Below, one piece after another: positions 47,683 to 56,287 of a DNA stretch of 64,000 nt. Below the pieces are notes generated by a model. It worked only from the letters and a program-made list of their open reading frames with translations, was not told where the DNA came from and made no database searches. A program made the translations under genes and the position numbers. This stretch comes from an uncultured Pseudomonadota bacterium (GTDB lineage: Bacteria > Myxococcota_A > Polyangia > Fen-1088), in contig CAVZEF010000004.1 of the NCBI GenBank assembly GCA_963774325.1, forward strand, positions 222,958 to 286,957. The letters are read 5' to 3'. How positions within the stretch are numbered: position 1 is the first letter of the stretch; each line of letters opens with the position of its first letter.

Positions 47683-50463
47683 TCAGTGAACCGTGACCGC
47701 GGCGTTCACTGATACGACCGCGCTCGCGCGACAGACCTTCATTGCGGCTTCGAGCTCAGATGCCCCGATGGTCGCCAGATGATTCGGGACCTCATCCAGC
47801 GCCGAGGGGGGCCATCCGGCCTTCCATGCCGTGAACAGGGCGCGAGCGACCTCGGCGTTGGTTCCGTACCGCGCCGCCGTCGCCAGCGCCAGTCGCCAGC
47901 GTACGCGCTCGATCGCGGCCTCGTCGGCGATCGATTGACCGCCTGCCGTGAGATACGACTCGATCAGCGCCGTCCCGTCGACCACGGATTGGTCCTCGAT
48001 GTCGAAGATGCCCTTCAGGATGTTGCTACCGCCCCAGAGCTGGGTGTGGCGAACGTTGTGCCCGTAACTTTTGCCCTCGTGAATCCGCAGGTGCTCGAAC
48101 AATCGTTCTTCCATGAGCTCGCCCAGGAAATCGCCGACGACGGCGTCGCGCGGCGTACGCGCCGGCGGCAACAGACAACCGAAGGTGATCGATGCCGCCC
48201 GCTGTTCGCGCATCTCGTTGAACTGGATGGGCAGCGGTCCGACCCTGGGCCGCGGCTCGGCAGCAGGCGGCGCCGTCAACCGCGCGCGCGGCGCCGGGCG
48301 ATCACTCCACGACCCGCGAAGCTTCCAATCGGCCAGCGCGAGCGCCTCGCCCGGATCGACGTCGCCGACGATGATCAGCGCGCCGTTCTCGGGGCGTTCG
48401 ACGCGATTGATCCACGCCTCGACCTCCGCCTGCGATCGCTCCATGACATCGACGATCGGGATCGCGAGGCCGTACGGGTTGTCGCCCCAGAGGGCCGCCG
48501 CGAACCGCCGCCGGGCCCAGCTTCCCCGCGTCTTCTCGTCGACCATCACCGTCGACGACCACCGTTCGAAGCGTTCGTCCGGCCATTTGACCTGTAACGC
48601 CTTGGTCTTGTCGGCGAGATAGGTGAGCGCAGCGCCCGTGAGCGACGCGTACGTCGACAGCTCGTCGCGAACGTCGTCGTCGTCGGTCCGCTCCTGCGAC
48701 AGGAGGTCGTACTCGAGGGGCCCCCAGATGTTCTCGTACTGACGTCCGAACCGCGCCGCGAGCCAGATGCCAGGCGGCGCGTCCCGCGTGGGTGTCGAAC
48801 GGAACCCCAAGGTCACCGAGACGAACGGCAACCCCGGCCGGCGCATGGCGATGACCGTGAGCCCGTTGGCAAGCGTGGCCGCACGCGCGGATCCCGCCGG
48901 CGGTGTCGCGGCCGCAGCACGGACCTCGTCTGGTGAATGAGTCGCTGGCGCTGGGCGGGGACCGGCGTCGGCCGGTCGCGCTGACGGGGTCTCGTTCCTC
49001 TCGGGCGGGGCGCTGCCGTTCGCCAACGACGCCGCGGCCATCTGGGCCGGCGCCCGCGGAGGCAAGGACCATTGAAACAGGATCGAACGAGCGGCTGCCG
49101 GCGTCAGGTATCGGTCGGCCAGATCGGAGAGCTGGCCGACCGAGACGCGATTGACGGCCTCGATCAGCGGCCCCAACCCGGCGTCCCCGCCGGGTTGCGC
49201 ATGCGCCAGCTCCGCGCGCGCGATGGTCCGCGCCTGCAGCGCCTGCAGGCCCAGGACTTCACTCAGCGTGACCCACTTCAGCGAGGCTTGTTGAACGGCG
49301 CCGTAAAGACGGAGGCTCGACAGGGCTCGTTTGGACACGATCTCCACGGCGCGCTCACGCACGGTGTCGGCGCGCCCCGCCTCGCGCAGGACGACGATAC
49401 ACTCGAGGACGCTCCCGCGATCCTCGATCGAGGTGTTCACGATGCTGAACAGGGCGTTGGGCAACTCCCCCTGCTCGATCGCCACGGCGAGGGCCAGACT
49501 GATGACCTCGCCCAGAATCTTGATGGGCACGGCGTCGACAGCTCGCGTTCCCGGAAGCCACCAGCCGATCCGGAGATAGGGTTTGTCGTTGATCGTGCGC
49601 GCCCGCGCCATCGCCGGGCTGCCGTCGAGCGGCGGGAGGGTCGCGACCATGGGTCGCCGTTCCGGCGCGCGCGGCGCGGCGCGATCCCCGGCCAGCGCCG
49701 CCGGCATCATCTCGAAGAGGTGCGCGTCCCAGGCCCTGGGGATCGCGCCGCTCAGAACCAGCGTCATCTTCTGCGGCTGGTAGTGATTGCGTACGAATGC
49801 TCGGACCGCGGCCGCCGGCCACGCCGGGGCCGCCGCATCCAGATCGCCCGACACGGCCGCCGCGTAAGGATGCGGCGCCGGGAAGATGCGCGCCCAGAGC
49901 AGGCGCTGCTCGGCGAGCGCCATGTCGTCGCGGACGTTGCGCTCCTCGCGCAGGACCACGCGCTGCTTGGCCAGCTCGGCGGCCAACGTGTCGTCGTCAG
50001 CGGCTCCGAGCGGGTCGGCCATGCGCGAGAGCTCGACGGCCACCAGGCGATCGAGCTGGCTGCGCGGACCGAACGTCTGGAACTGGGTTTTCTCCAGCGA
50101 GGTGAAACCGTTGACGTCAATCCCGCCCAGATCGCGCAGGCGTTCCCAAGGAGCATTGGACGCAGCATCGGGAGCAGAGTCGCGCGCGCCCCGGTGCAGC
50201 TCGAACGCCAGGTGCTCGACCACGTGCGGAAGCGATCCGTGGAAAGCCGGGTCGTCGACCGCGCCGGCGTCGACCACCCAGACCACGCCCACAAGGCCGG
50301 CGCTCGGGTCTTCGTCGATCACCACCCGCAAACCGCTCGGCAATGTGTACTGCCGCGCCGGAAACGTGCGCGCCACGTCGCGCGGGCTCATCGTCGCACA
50401 CGGCGTCGAAAGAACGAGGAACGCACCCAAGGCCAGAAATGATCCGCGCCCTCCCACCATCAT
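47683..50463 (-). CDS. M16 (insulinase-like) zinc peptidase, tandem-domain
   Basis: TLPSGLRV, HVVEH inverted zinc motif, VNGFTS, second unit TLANGLTV; N-terminal lipobox-like STP-C. Confidence 0.85.
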   Translation of the reverse strand: MMVGGRGSFLALGAFLVLSTPCATMSPRDVARTFPARQYTLPSGLRVVIDEDPSAGLVGVVWVVDAGAVDDPAFHGSLPHVVEHLAFELHRGARDSAPDAASNAPWERLRDLGGIDVNGFTSLEKTQFQTFGPRSQLDRLVAVELSRMADPLGAADDDTLAAELAKQRVVLREERNVRDDMALAEQRLLWARIFPAPHPYAAAVSGDLDAAAPAWPAAAVRAFVRNHYQPQKMTLVLSGAIPRAWDAHLFEMMPAALAGDRAAPRAPERRPMVATLPPLDGSPAMARARTINDKPYLRIGWWLPGTRAVDAVPIKILGEVISLALAVAIEQGELPNALFSIVNTSIEDRGSVLECIVVLREAGRADTVRERAVEIVSKRALSSLRLYGAVQQASLKWVTLSEVLGLQALQARTIARAELAHAQPGGDAGLGPLIEAVNRVSVGQLSDLADRYLTPAAARSILFQWSLPPRAPAQMAAASLANGSAPPERNETPSARPADAGPRPAPATHSPDEVRAAAATPPAGSARAATLANGLTVIAMRRPGLPFVSVTLGFRSTPTRDAPPGIWLAARFGRQYENIWGPLEYDLLSQERTDDDDVRDELSTYASLTGAALTYLADKTKALQVKWPDERFERWSSTVMVDEKTRGSWARRRFAAALWGDNPYGLAIPIVDVMERSQAEVEAWINRVERPENGALIIVGDVDPGEALALADWKLRGSWSDRPAPRARLTAPPAAEPRPRVGPLPIQFNEMREQRAASITFGCLLPPARTPRDAVVGDFLGELMEERLFEHLRIHEGKSYGHNVRHTQLWGGSNILKGIFDIEDQSVVDGTALIESYLTAGGQSIADEAAIERVRWRLALATAARYGTNAEVARALFTAWKAGWPPSALDEVPNHLATIGASELEAAMKVCRASAVVSVNAAVTVH

Positions 50464-50566
50464 CGACCCGCGCACACGCCGACTGTCGCTGGACGAGCAC
50501 CGGCCGTCAAGCCACACGGTCGCAACGCGGATGACTCGCGACGATTGGAAGCGCCCGGCCGCGGGG

Positions 50567-51004
50567 CTAGCGCGGCTGGCGCGAGCCGCGCTGGTTCAAC
50601 ACCGACTGAGGGGCCCACTGCGGGAACTGCGGTAGGCCGTCGGCGATCCGGTCCCACGCCGCCTTGTCCGAGACCCAGGTGTGGGCGCGCGGCTCGGCGG
50701 TCAACGGCGTGTCGAGGCTGCCGAGGCGGATGCGGAGGACGTCAGGGGTCGCGGTCAGGTACGCGTAGATCGGCGACCCGCACGCCGCGCAGAAGGCGCG
50801 CAGCTTGCCGGGCGACGACTCGTACTCGCGCAGGGTGTCGCCCCCGCTCAGAAGCCGGAACCGCCCCCGCTCGACCGGCGCGTTGGCGGCGTGCGCGCTG
50901 CCGCTCGCCTTGCGGCAGCTCCGGCAGTGGCAATAGCCAAACTCACCGAGCTCGCCGTCGATCTCGTAGCGCACGCTCCCGCAGAGACAGCTCCCGTTGT
51001 GCAT
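50567..51004 (-). CDS. GFA family protein
   Basis: GSCLCGSV, CHCRSCRK, FCAACGSP. Confidence 0.9.
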   Translation of the reverse strand: MHNGSCLCGSVRYEIDGELGEFGYCHCRSCRKASGSAHAANAPVERGRFRLLSGGDTLREYESSPGKLRAFCAACGSPIYAYLTATPDVLRIRLGSLDTPLTAEPRAHTWVSDKAAWDRIADGLPQFPQWAPQSVLNQRGSRQPR

Positions 51005-51019
51005 GCCGCGATCCTAGCG

Positions 51020-52063
51020 CTAGAAGACGTCGAAGTCGCCGGAGCTGATCTGATAGCTCATGGCTCTGTACTGGCGGTGAATCATGCCCTTTTGCGAATC
51101 GAAGATGGTCACGAACTTGTCGGCCGAGCTCTGAACGTAGTCAAAGACGTAGATGGGTCGATCCCCGGCCGCGGCCAGCAACTGGTCCAGCTGGTACGGC
51201 GTCACGACGTAGTATCGATGGCGATAGTCCGCGAGCAACTCTTTCGGGACGTGGGTGCCAATGTACGGGCCGCCCCCGGACTCGAACTTGTACAACGTAT
51301 AGTCCGGGACGTACAACGTCGACGCCTTGAGCTGTTTCAGGGCTTCGTCGTCGTCGAATTCGTCGAAGAGCCAGCGGCGCCGCGACTGCTCCAGATCCCG
51401 CTGGACGGCGGTCAGGTAGAGCGCCAGTTGCGGAGGTGTCCAATTGAGGAACCGCGCCCCCGCGTAGAGCGGAATCAGATTGTCGTCACCGTTGGCAATC
51501 GAGGTGTTCAGGGTGTTGCGATCGGGGTAAAGCTCGATCCGACAGAACGTCGTCGGCTCGAGCTGTCCGTGCTCATCCGGGATCGAACGCTCCAGCGTCA
51601 GGTAGAAATGGGTATTGACGTAGGAGACGTGCGCGTCGTTGGGCCTGGCGACATTCAGAGTCGAGTGGAACTTTTCGACGCCGCCGATCACGAAGTACGA
51701 ATAGCGGCCGCGATCCGCATACGCGGCTCGCTCGCGATAGGGCACGAACAGAACCTTCGTCAGCCGCCACACCCGTCGAACGTCGGCCTCCAGTGCCGCG
51801 CGCCACCGCTCGTCGTCGTCCTTGAGGAAAAATACCGTCTCGCTCTGCTTCAATGCCGCGAGCTCGGCCGGCGAAAACTGGCGTTGGCTCATGTGCTCTG
51901 TGTCGCCTGGGTCGTTCCAGCCATGTCGCGACATGAACGCCAGCGCGAAGCAGCCCGGACACACAACCAGCAGCACACCCAGAACACCGAACCGCACCCA
52001 ATGGCGAAGGCGGCCCGGGGATGGCGCAGTGGACATTCGAGGCATCTTGTCTCGCCGCATCAT
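51020..52063 (-). CDS. Hypothetical exported protein
   Basis: 347-aa ORF with hydrophobic N-terminal segment (VCPG-C) and coding-like codon usage. Confidence 0.7.
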   Translation of the reverse strand: MMRRDKMPRMSTAPSPGRLRHWVRFGVLGVLLVVCPGCFALAFMSRHGWNDPGDTEHMSQRQFSPAELAALKQSETVFFLKDDDERWRAALEADVRRVWRLTKVLFVPYRERAAYADRGRYSYFVIGGVEKFHSTLNVARPNDAHVSYVNTHFYLTLERSIPDEHGQLEPTTFCRIELYPDRNTLNTSIANGDDNLIPLYAGARFLNWTPPQLALYLTAVQRDLEQSRRRWLFDEFDDDEALKQLKASTLYVPDYTLYKFESGGGPYIGTHVPKELLADYRHRYYVVTPYQLDQLLAAAGDRPIYVFDYVQSSADKFVTIFDSQKGMIHRQYRAMSYQISSGDFDVF

Positions 52064-52191
52064 TCGCCGATCCAGGGCAGAGCTGTCAACTTTTCCTCAC
52101 GCGCACCCTCCCGTCTCGGTCCCCACCCCCGCGCCACCCGCGCGCGCCCCATGAGTGGGTGCGCGCGGGTGGCCCCCGCCGCCCGCCGCCA

Positions 52192-53580
52192 TCAAAACAA
52201 GGGTGGGCTCGCCAGCGTCGCGAGCTCGAGCGCCTGCTGCGCGAACCAATCGCCCGCCGCGGGATCGACGATCCCACCCCACTCGGGATCGGTGGTCGAT
52301 CCGGAGACGCCGCGATTGCACGAACCGTCCGACTCGCCGGGAATCTTGATCCAGAGCTCGGCGTCGGCGAGCGGGATGCCGGTCGCCGCCGTCGGCCGCG
52401 GCCCCACGCCCCGACCGGGCGGGTTGCACCAGTTCTGCGCGTCCGGGTAGATCACCGCCGGCGTCCAGGGCCCCTGGCCGTTGCGGCTGGTGTCGATCAC
52501 GAAGTGCGTCGTCGCCGTCGCGCCGCCCATGAGTGCTGCCAATCCCGCGGTCACGCCCGCTGCAAAGTCGGGCGTGTAATTCACGGTGCTGTAGTTGGTG
52601 GCCGGGTCGTATTGGCTCGGGCAATAGTCGAAGTGACCGGCCGCCCAGGGCGCGCCCGCTGTCGCTGCGGTGATGCAGTCCGAGACCCACGTCCCGAACT
52701 GAGCATTTTGATCGGTCGGCTGATAGTTGGACACGTTGAGGAAGAATCCCTGGGCGCGCTGAACACCCGCGGTCACCAGCCGAAACGCCGCATCACCGGG
52801 GCTCAGCCAGGCGCTGTGCGTACCGTCGAGATAGACAGCCGTGCGCGGCGCCTTGGCCCCGATGCTGTCGACGGCGTAGTTGAGCTGCGCATAGCGCTCG
52901 CTCGGGCTGGCGCCCGGCGCGGCGACGACGTTGCCTTGCGCGTCGGTGATCGTCGGCTGGCACGAATCCGCCGCGCCGAAGATGGTCTTGTTGTACGGGA
53001 TGATGCCCAGGCTGTCCGGCTCGAGGATCACCACGGCTTTCCCGTCTCCGATGCCGCGCGCAAAGCCGTCGATCCAGGCCTCATACGCGACCGTGTCGAC
53101 GGCGCCGCCCGCCGAGAAGCCCGCGCAGTCACGAAACGGGACGTTGTACGCGACCAGCACCGGCACCCGTCGTTCCTGGGACGCCGCCCGCATGGTGTTG
53201 CGCACCCCCCGCTCGACCTCGACGGGTGAGCCCGAGGTGAACCACACCGCTTGTGGTATCGCCTCCATCGTTGCCAGACGGCGCGCATCCGCGAGGCGCC
53301 GTGCGCGAAGCAGCTCGACGAGCTGCGTCTCCGCGCCGGCGTCCGGCGGGCGCACGAAGAAGCGCGTGTCGGGCGCCAGACCGCGCGGGTCGCCGCACGA
53401 GGACTGCGATGTCGATTGCCCGTCCGTCGAGGTGAGCGCGGCGGTGCGCTGCCCCTGCGTTTCGATCGCCGTCGGGTCACCGCCGCAGGCGCCGATCCCG
53501 CATGCGACCAGCGCCGACAACGCCGTGGGAAAACGCCCTGCTACCTTTGTCCTCGCCCGACTCTCGTTGTTCATGTCCAT
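52192..53580 (-). CDS. GH6 cellulase lipoprotein (catalytic residues intact)
   Basis: GAGGAG RBS, GIGA-C lipobox, VAYNVPFRDC, ILEPDSL, YLDGTHS, IDTSRNG, WCNPPGRG, WIKIPGESDGSC. Confidence 0.92.
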   Translation of the reverse strand: MDMNNESRARTKVAGRFPTALSALVACGIGACGGDPTAIETQGQRTAALTSTDGQSTSQSSCGDPRGLAPDTRFFVRPPDAGAETQLVELLRARRLADARRLATMEAIPQAVWFTSGSPVEVERGVRNTMRAASQERRVPVLVAYNVPFRDCAGFSAGGAVDTVAYEAWIDGFARGIGDGKAVVILEPDSLGIIPYNKTIFGAADSCQPTITDAQGNVVAAPGASPSERYAQLNYAVDSIGAKAPRTAVYLDGTHSAWLSPGDAAFRLVTAGVQRAQGFFLNVSNYQPTDQNAQFGTWVSDCITAATAGAPWAAGHFDYCPSQYDPATNYSTVNYTPDFAAGVTAGLAALMGGATATTHFVIDTSRNGQGPWTPAVIYPDAQNWCNPPGRGVGPRPTAATGIPLADAELWIKIPGESDGSCNRGVSGSTTDPEWGGIVDPAAGDWFAQQALELATLASPPLF

Positions 53581-53633
53581 GGGTCTCCTCGTTTTCGTTT
53601 CCCCTCGCGGGATTGCGAAGCGAGCAGACGAAC

Positions 53634-53649
53634 AGCAACGAACGGACCA
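53634..53649 (-). promoter_or_regulatory. Putative sigma54 -24/-12 promoter of the GH6 gene
   Basis: Minus strand TGGTCCGTTCGTTGCT (GG-N10-GC, TTGCT), about 54 nt upstream of the ATG. Confidence 0.65.
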
Positions 53650-53711
53650 ACGCCGAGACGGCGGGATCGCGGTCATTCATGCCGCTACCGGCACCCGAAT
53701 CGGTGTCGGCC

Positions 53712-53739
53712 GACGTCTCGGACGTCCGCCGCGGACGTC
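53712..53739. promoter_or_regulatory. Three GACGTC palindromes, candidate enhancer for the adjacent activator
   Basis: GACGTC at 53712, 53721 and 53734, 63-90 bp upstream of the -24 element. Confidence 0.5.
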
Positions 53740-53764
53740 CACTCGGTCGCCGCGTGCCGGACCG

Positions 53765-56287
53765 CTACTTCTTCACGAGGGATGTCGGCGCGCTCGCGTC
53801 GATATCGAGAGGCGGGTTTGCGTTGCGGGCCAGCTCCAGGGCTTGATCCGGGAACCATTCGCCGATCGGTTCGCCGCTGCTCGGGAGGACACGCCCCCAG
53901 AGCGGATCGAACTGGTTCCGCGAGTCGCCCGCGATACCCCACGGGTTGTAGCGGCTGTAGTCCCAGGCCCGTGCCCCGCCGGCGATGTCACAGGATGCGT
54001 TGCAGATCCCAGGCATCTCTGCCCAGAGGTAGGCGTCGACCAGCGGCACGCCCGTGCTGGGCGTGGGAGGAAGGCCAACCCCGCGGCCGGGCGGCATGCA
54101 CCAGGCCCCGTAGTGCAGCACCTCGATGACCGGCGGCGGCTGATTGTACGGCGCGTGCCCGTAAACGCTGACGTCGAGCGGGCCGCGCCCATTGCGGTTC
54201 GTGTTGATGACGAAGTGGGTGAGCGCGTCGGTCGACGGCGGGTGAGCGGCCCGATCCACGTGCTCGACGTACCAGGCCTCCACCTTGGCCCAATCGGCTT
54301 CTTCGATCGGGGCGCTCGGTTCGGGTTCGCGCTCGTAGTGGGGCTGTCTGGGGCAATCTGCATAGCGGTTCGCCCCGGCGGGGGCCGAGGGCGCCGTGCG
54401 CACGTAGTAGATGCACTTCGCGATCGCGGTGCCGTACTGGATCGAGCGCCGCGTGGCCTGGAAGTTGCCGACGTTCAGGAAAAATCCCGCGGTTCGGCCC
54501 ACGCCGGCGCGCACCAGCCGATAGGCCGCGTCGCCGATCGGCAGCCAATCACTGTGTGTCCCGTCGAGATAAACTTCCGCGTTCGGGGCCTTGGCGGCGA
54601 GGACGTCGACGGCGTAGTTGAGCTGCAGGTAGCGATCCTCCGGCGTCGCGCCGGGAGAAGGGACTCGCCTGCCATCGGGACGCGCCTGCATCGGTTTGCA
54701 CTCGTCCTCCCCTCCGTTCAACCACCTCCCGTGGGGCATGAGACCGAGCCCGTTCGGTTCGAGCAGGACGATGACCGGCTCGTTACCGATTCCAGCGACG
54801 AACCCATCGATCCAGGCTTTGTAGGCCGCGGTATCGACCGCCCCCATGATCTCGTATCCGGCGCAGTTGCGAAATGGGCGCTGGGACGCCACCAGGACCG
54901 GCATCCGCCCTCTGCGTTCCGCTCGGGTGATGACCTCGCCGACCTGCGCGCGCACCTGCTCGGGCGAGCCGCTCACGAACCAGATCCCCGCCGGCGTGGC
55001 AACCATCGCGCTCAGCAGCGCGGCGTCGCGTGCGTCGTTGGCTTTCCGGAGGCTCGCGATCTGCGCGACCGCGCCCGGCGGCGGATCGGAGCTCAGGAAC
55101 CGCGTGTTCGGATCGAGCCGGTGGATCCGGCGCGCGGGCTGCCGCGCGACCGGGGGAGCGGCGGGGGCCGCGGCCTTCCGCACGGCCACGACCGCCACGG
55201 CCAACACCGCGACGAGCAATCCGGCGCCGAGCAACGCGCGGGAACGAAGGCGCCCGCTCGGCGCACGGGGCGTCGATGCGCGATTCTCAGCAGCCGGGCC
55301 GATGCGCATCGAACCGCTCGCCGATGCCGCGGCCTCGTGGTCATCACCCTCTGCTACCAACGTGGAGATCCTGTCGAAGCGGGCTCGTCCGGAATCCTCG
55401 GGCGGCGGCGGCCAGACCTCGCGGCGCGCGAACGGCGCCAGCGCGCGGCCCAGGGCCTCCGCCGATGAAGGTCGCAGCGCGAGATCCGAAGCCAGTACGC
55501 AGTCGACGATCTCTGCGAGGCCCGCGGGCAGGTCCGGCCGCACCGACGCGATCGGAACGGCTGCATGCGTGGCGATGTGATGCAGGATCGCGTTCTGCGA
55601 CCCGCCCGGGTGCGGCCGTTGCTGCGACACCAGCTCGTAGAAGATCGCGCCCAGCGCGTAGATGTCCGCCCGCGCATCGACCGTCTTTTCGCCGCGCGCC
55701 TGCTCCGGCGACATGTATACGACCGTGCCGATGAGCGACCCGGTGCGCGTTGCCGCGCTCGCTTCTTCCAGCGCTTGCAGCTTCGCCACGCCGAAGTCGA
55801 GGACCTTGACCAGATCGGTGCCGTCGTCGCGCCGGCTCACGAACAGGTTCTGCGGCTTGAGATCGCGGTGGACGATGTCGGCGGCGTGAGCCGCCGCGAC
55901 CCCGCGACAAGCCTGCAGGATGAGATCGGCCGCGCGTGTGACCGGCAGGCGGCCCTCGCGCTCCAGCAACGCCGCCAGGCTCTCACCGACCAGGTACTCC
56001 ATCACGATGTAAGGTGTGCCGTCGTCGGCGATGCCGAAGTCGACCGCCGCCGCGACGTTCTCGTTCTCGAGCGCGCCCGCTGCTTCGGCCTCGCGCTGAA
56101 ACCGCGCGAGGATGTCGCGACGTTCGGCGAGCTCCTGGCGCAGCAGCTTGATCGCGAAGCGCCGGTGCACGACCGTGTGCAGCGCTTCGTACACGAGGCC
56201 CATTCCGCCGCTGGCGAGCAGCCGGACGATGCGGTACTTCCCGCCGATGATTGCGCCGATCCGGCTCGTCTCCGCCAGGGCCTTCAT
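53765..56287 (-). CDS. Hanks-type Ser/Thr kinase - TM - degenerate GH6 domain fusion
   Basis: Kinase LASGGMG, AIK, HRDLKPQN, DFG, MSPEQ, DIYALG; TM LLGAGLLVAVLAVAVVAV; GH6 fold with PFRNC, EPNGL and PGICNASC. Confidence 0.92.
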   Translation of the reverse strand: MKALAETSRIGAIIGGKYRIVRLLASGGMGLVYEALHTVVHRRFAIKLLRQELAERRDILARFQREAEAAGALENENVAAAVDFGIADDGTPYIVMEYLVGESLAALLEREGRLPVTRAADLILQACRGVAAAHAADIVHRDLKPQNLFVSRRDDGTDLVKVLDFGVAKLQALEEASAATRTGSLIGTVVYMSPEQARGEKTVDARADIYALGAIFYELVSQQRPHPGGSQNAILHHIATHAAVPIASVRPDLPAGLAEIVDCVLASDLALRPSSAEALGRALAPFARREVWPPPPEDSGRARFDRISTLVAEGDDHEAAASASGSMRIGPAAENRASTPRAPSGRLRSRALLGAGLLVAVLAVAVVAVRKAAAPAAPPVARQPARRIHRLDPNTRFLSSDPPPGAVAQIASLRKANDARDAALLSAMVATPAGIWFVSGSPEQVRAQVGEVITRAERRGRMPVLVASQRPFRNCAGYEIMGAVDTAAYKAWIDGFVAGIGNEPVIVLLEPNGLGLMPHGRWLNGGEDECKPMQARPDGRRVPSPGATPEDRYLQLNYAVDVLAAKAPNAEVYLDGTHSDWLPIGDAAYRLVRAGVGRTAGFFLNVGNFQATRRSIQYGTAIAKCIYYVRTAPSAPAGANRYADCPRQPHYEREPEPSAPIEEADWAKVEAWYVEHVDRAAHPPSTDALTHFVINTNRNGRGPLDVSVYGHAPYNQPPPVIEVLHYGAWCMPPGRGVGLPPTPSTGVPLVDAYLWAEMPGICNASCDIAGGARAWDYSRYNPWGIAGDSRNQFDPLWGRVLPSSGEPIGEWFPDQALELARNANPPLDIDASAPTSLVKK

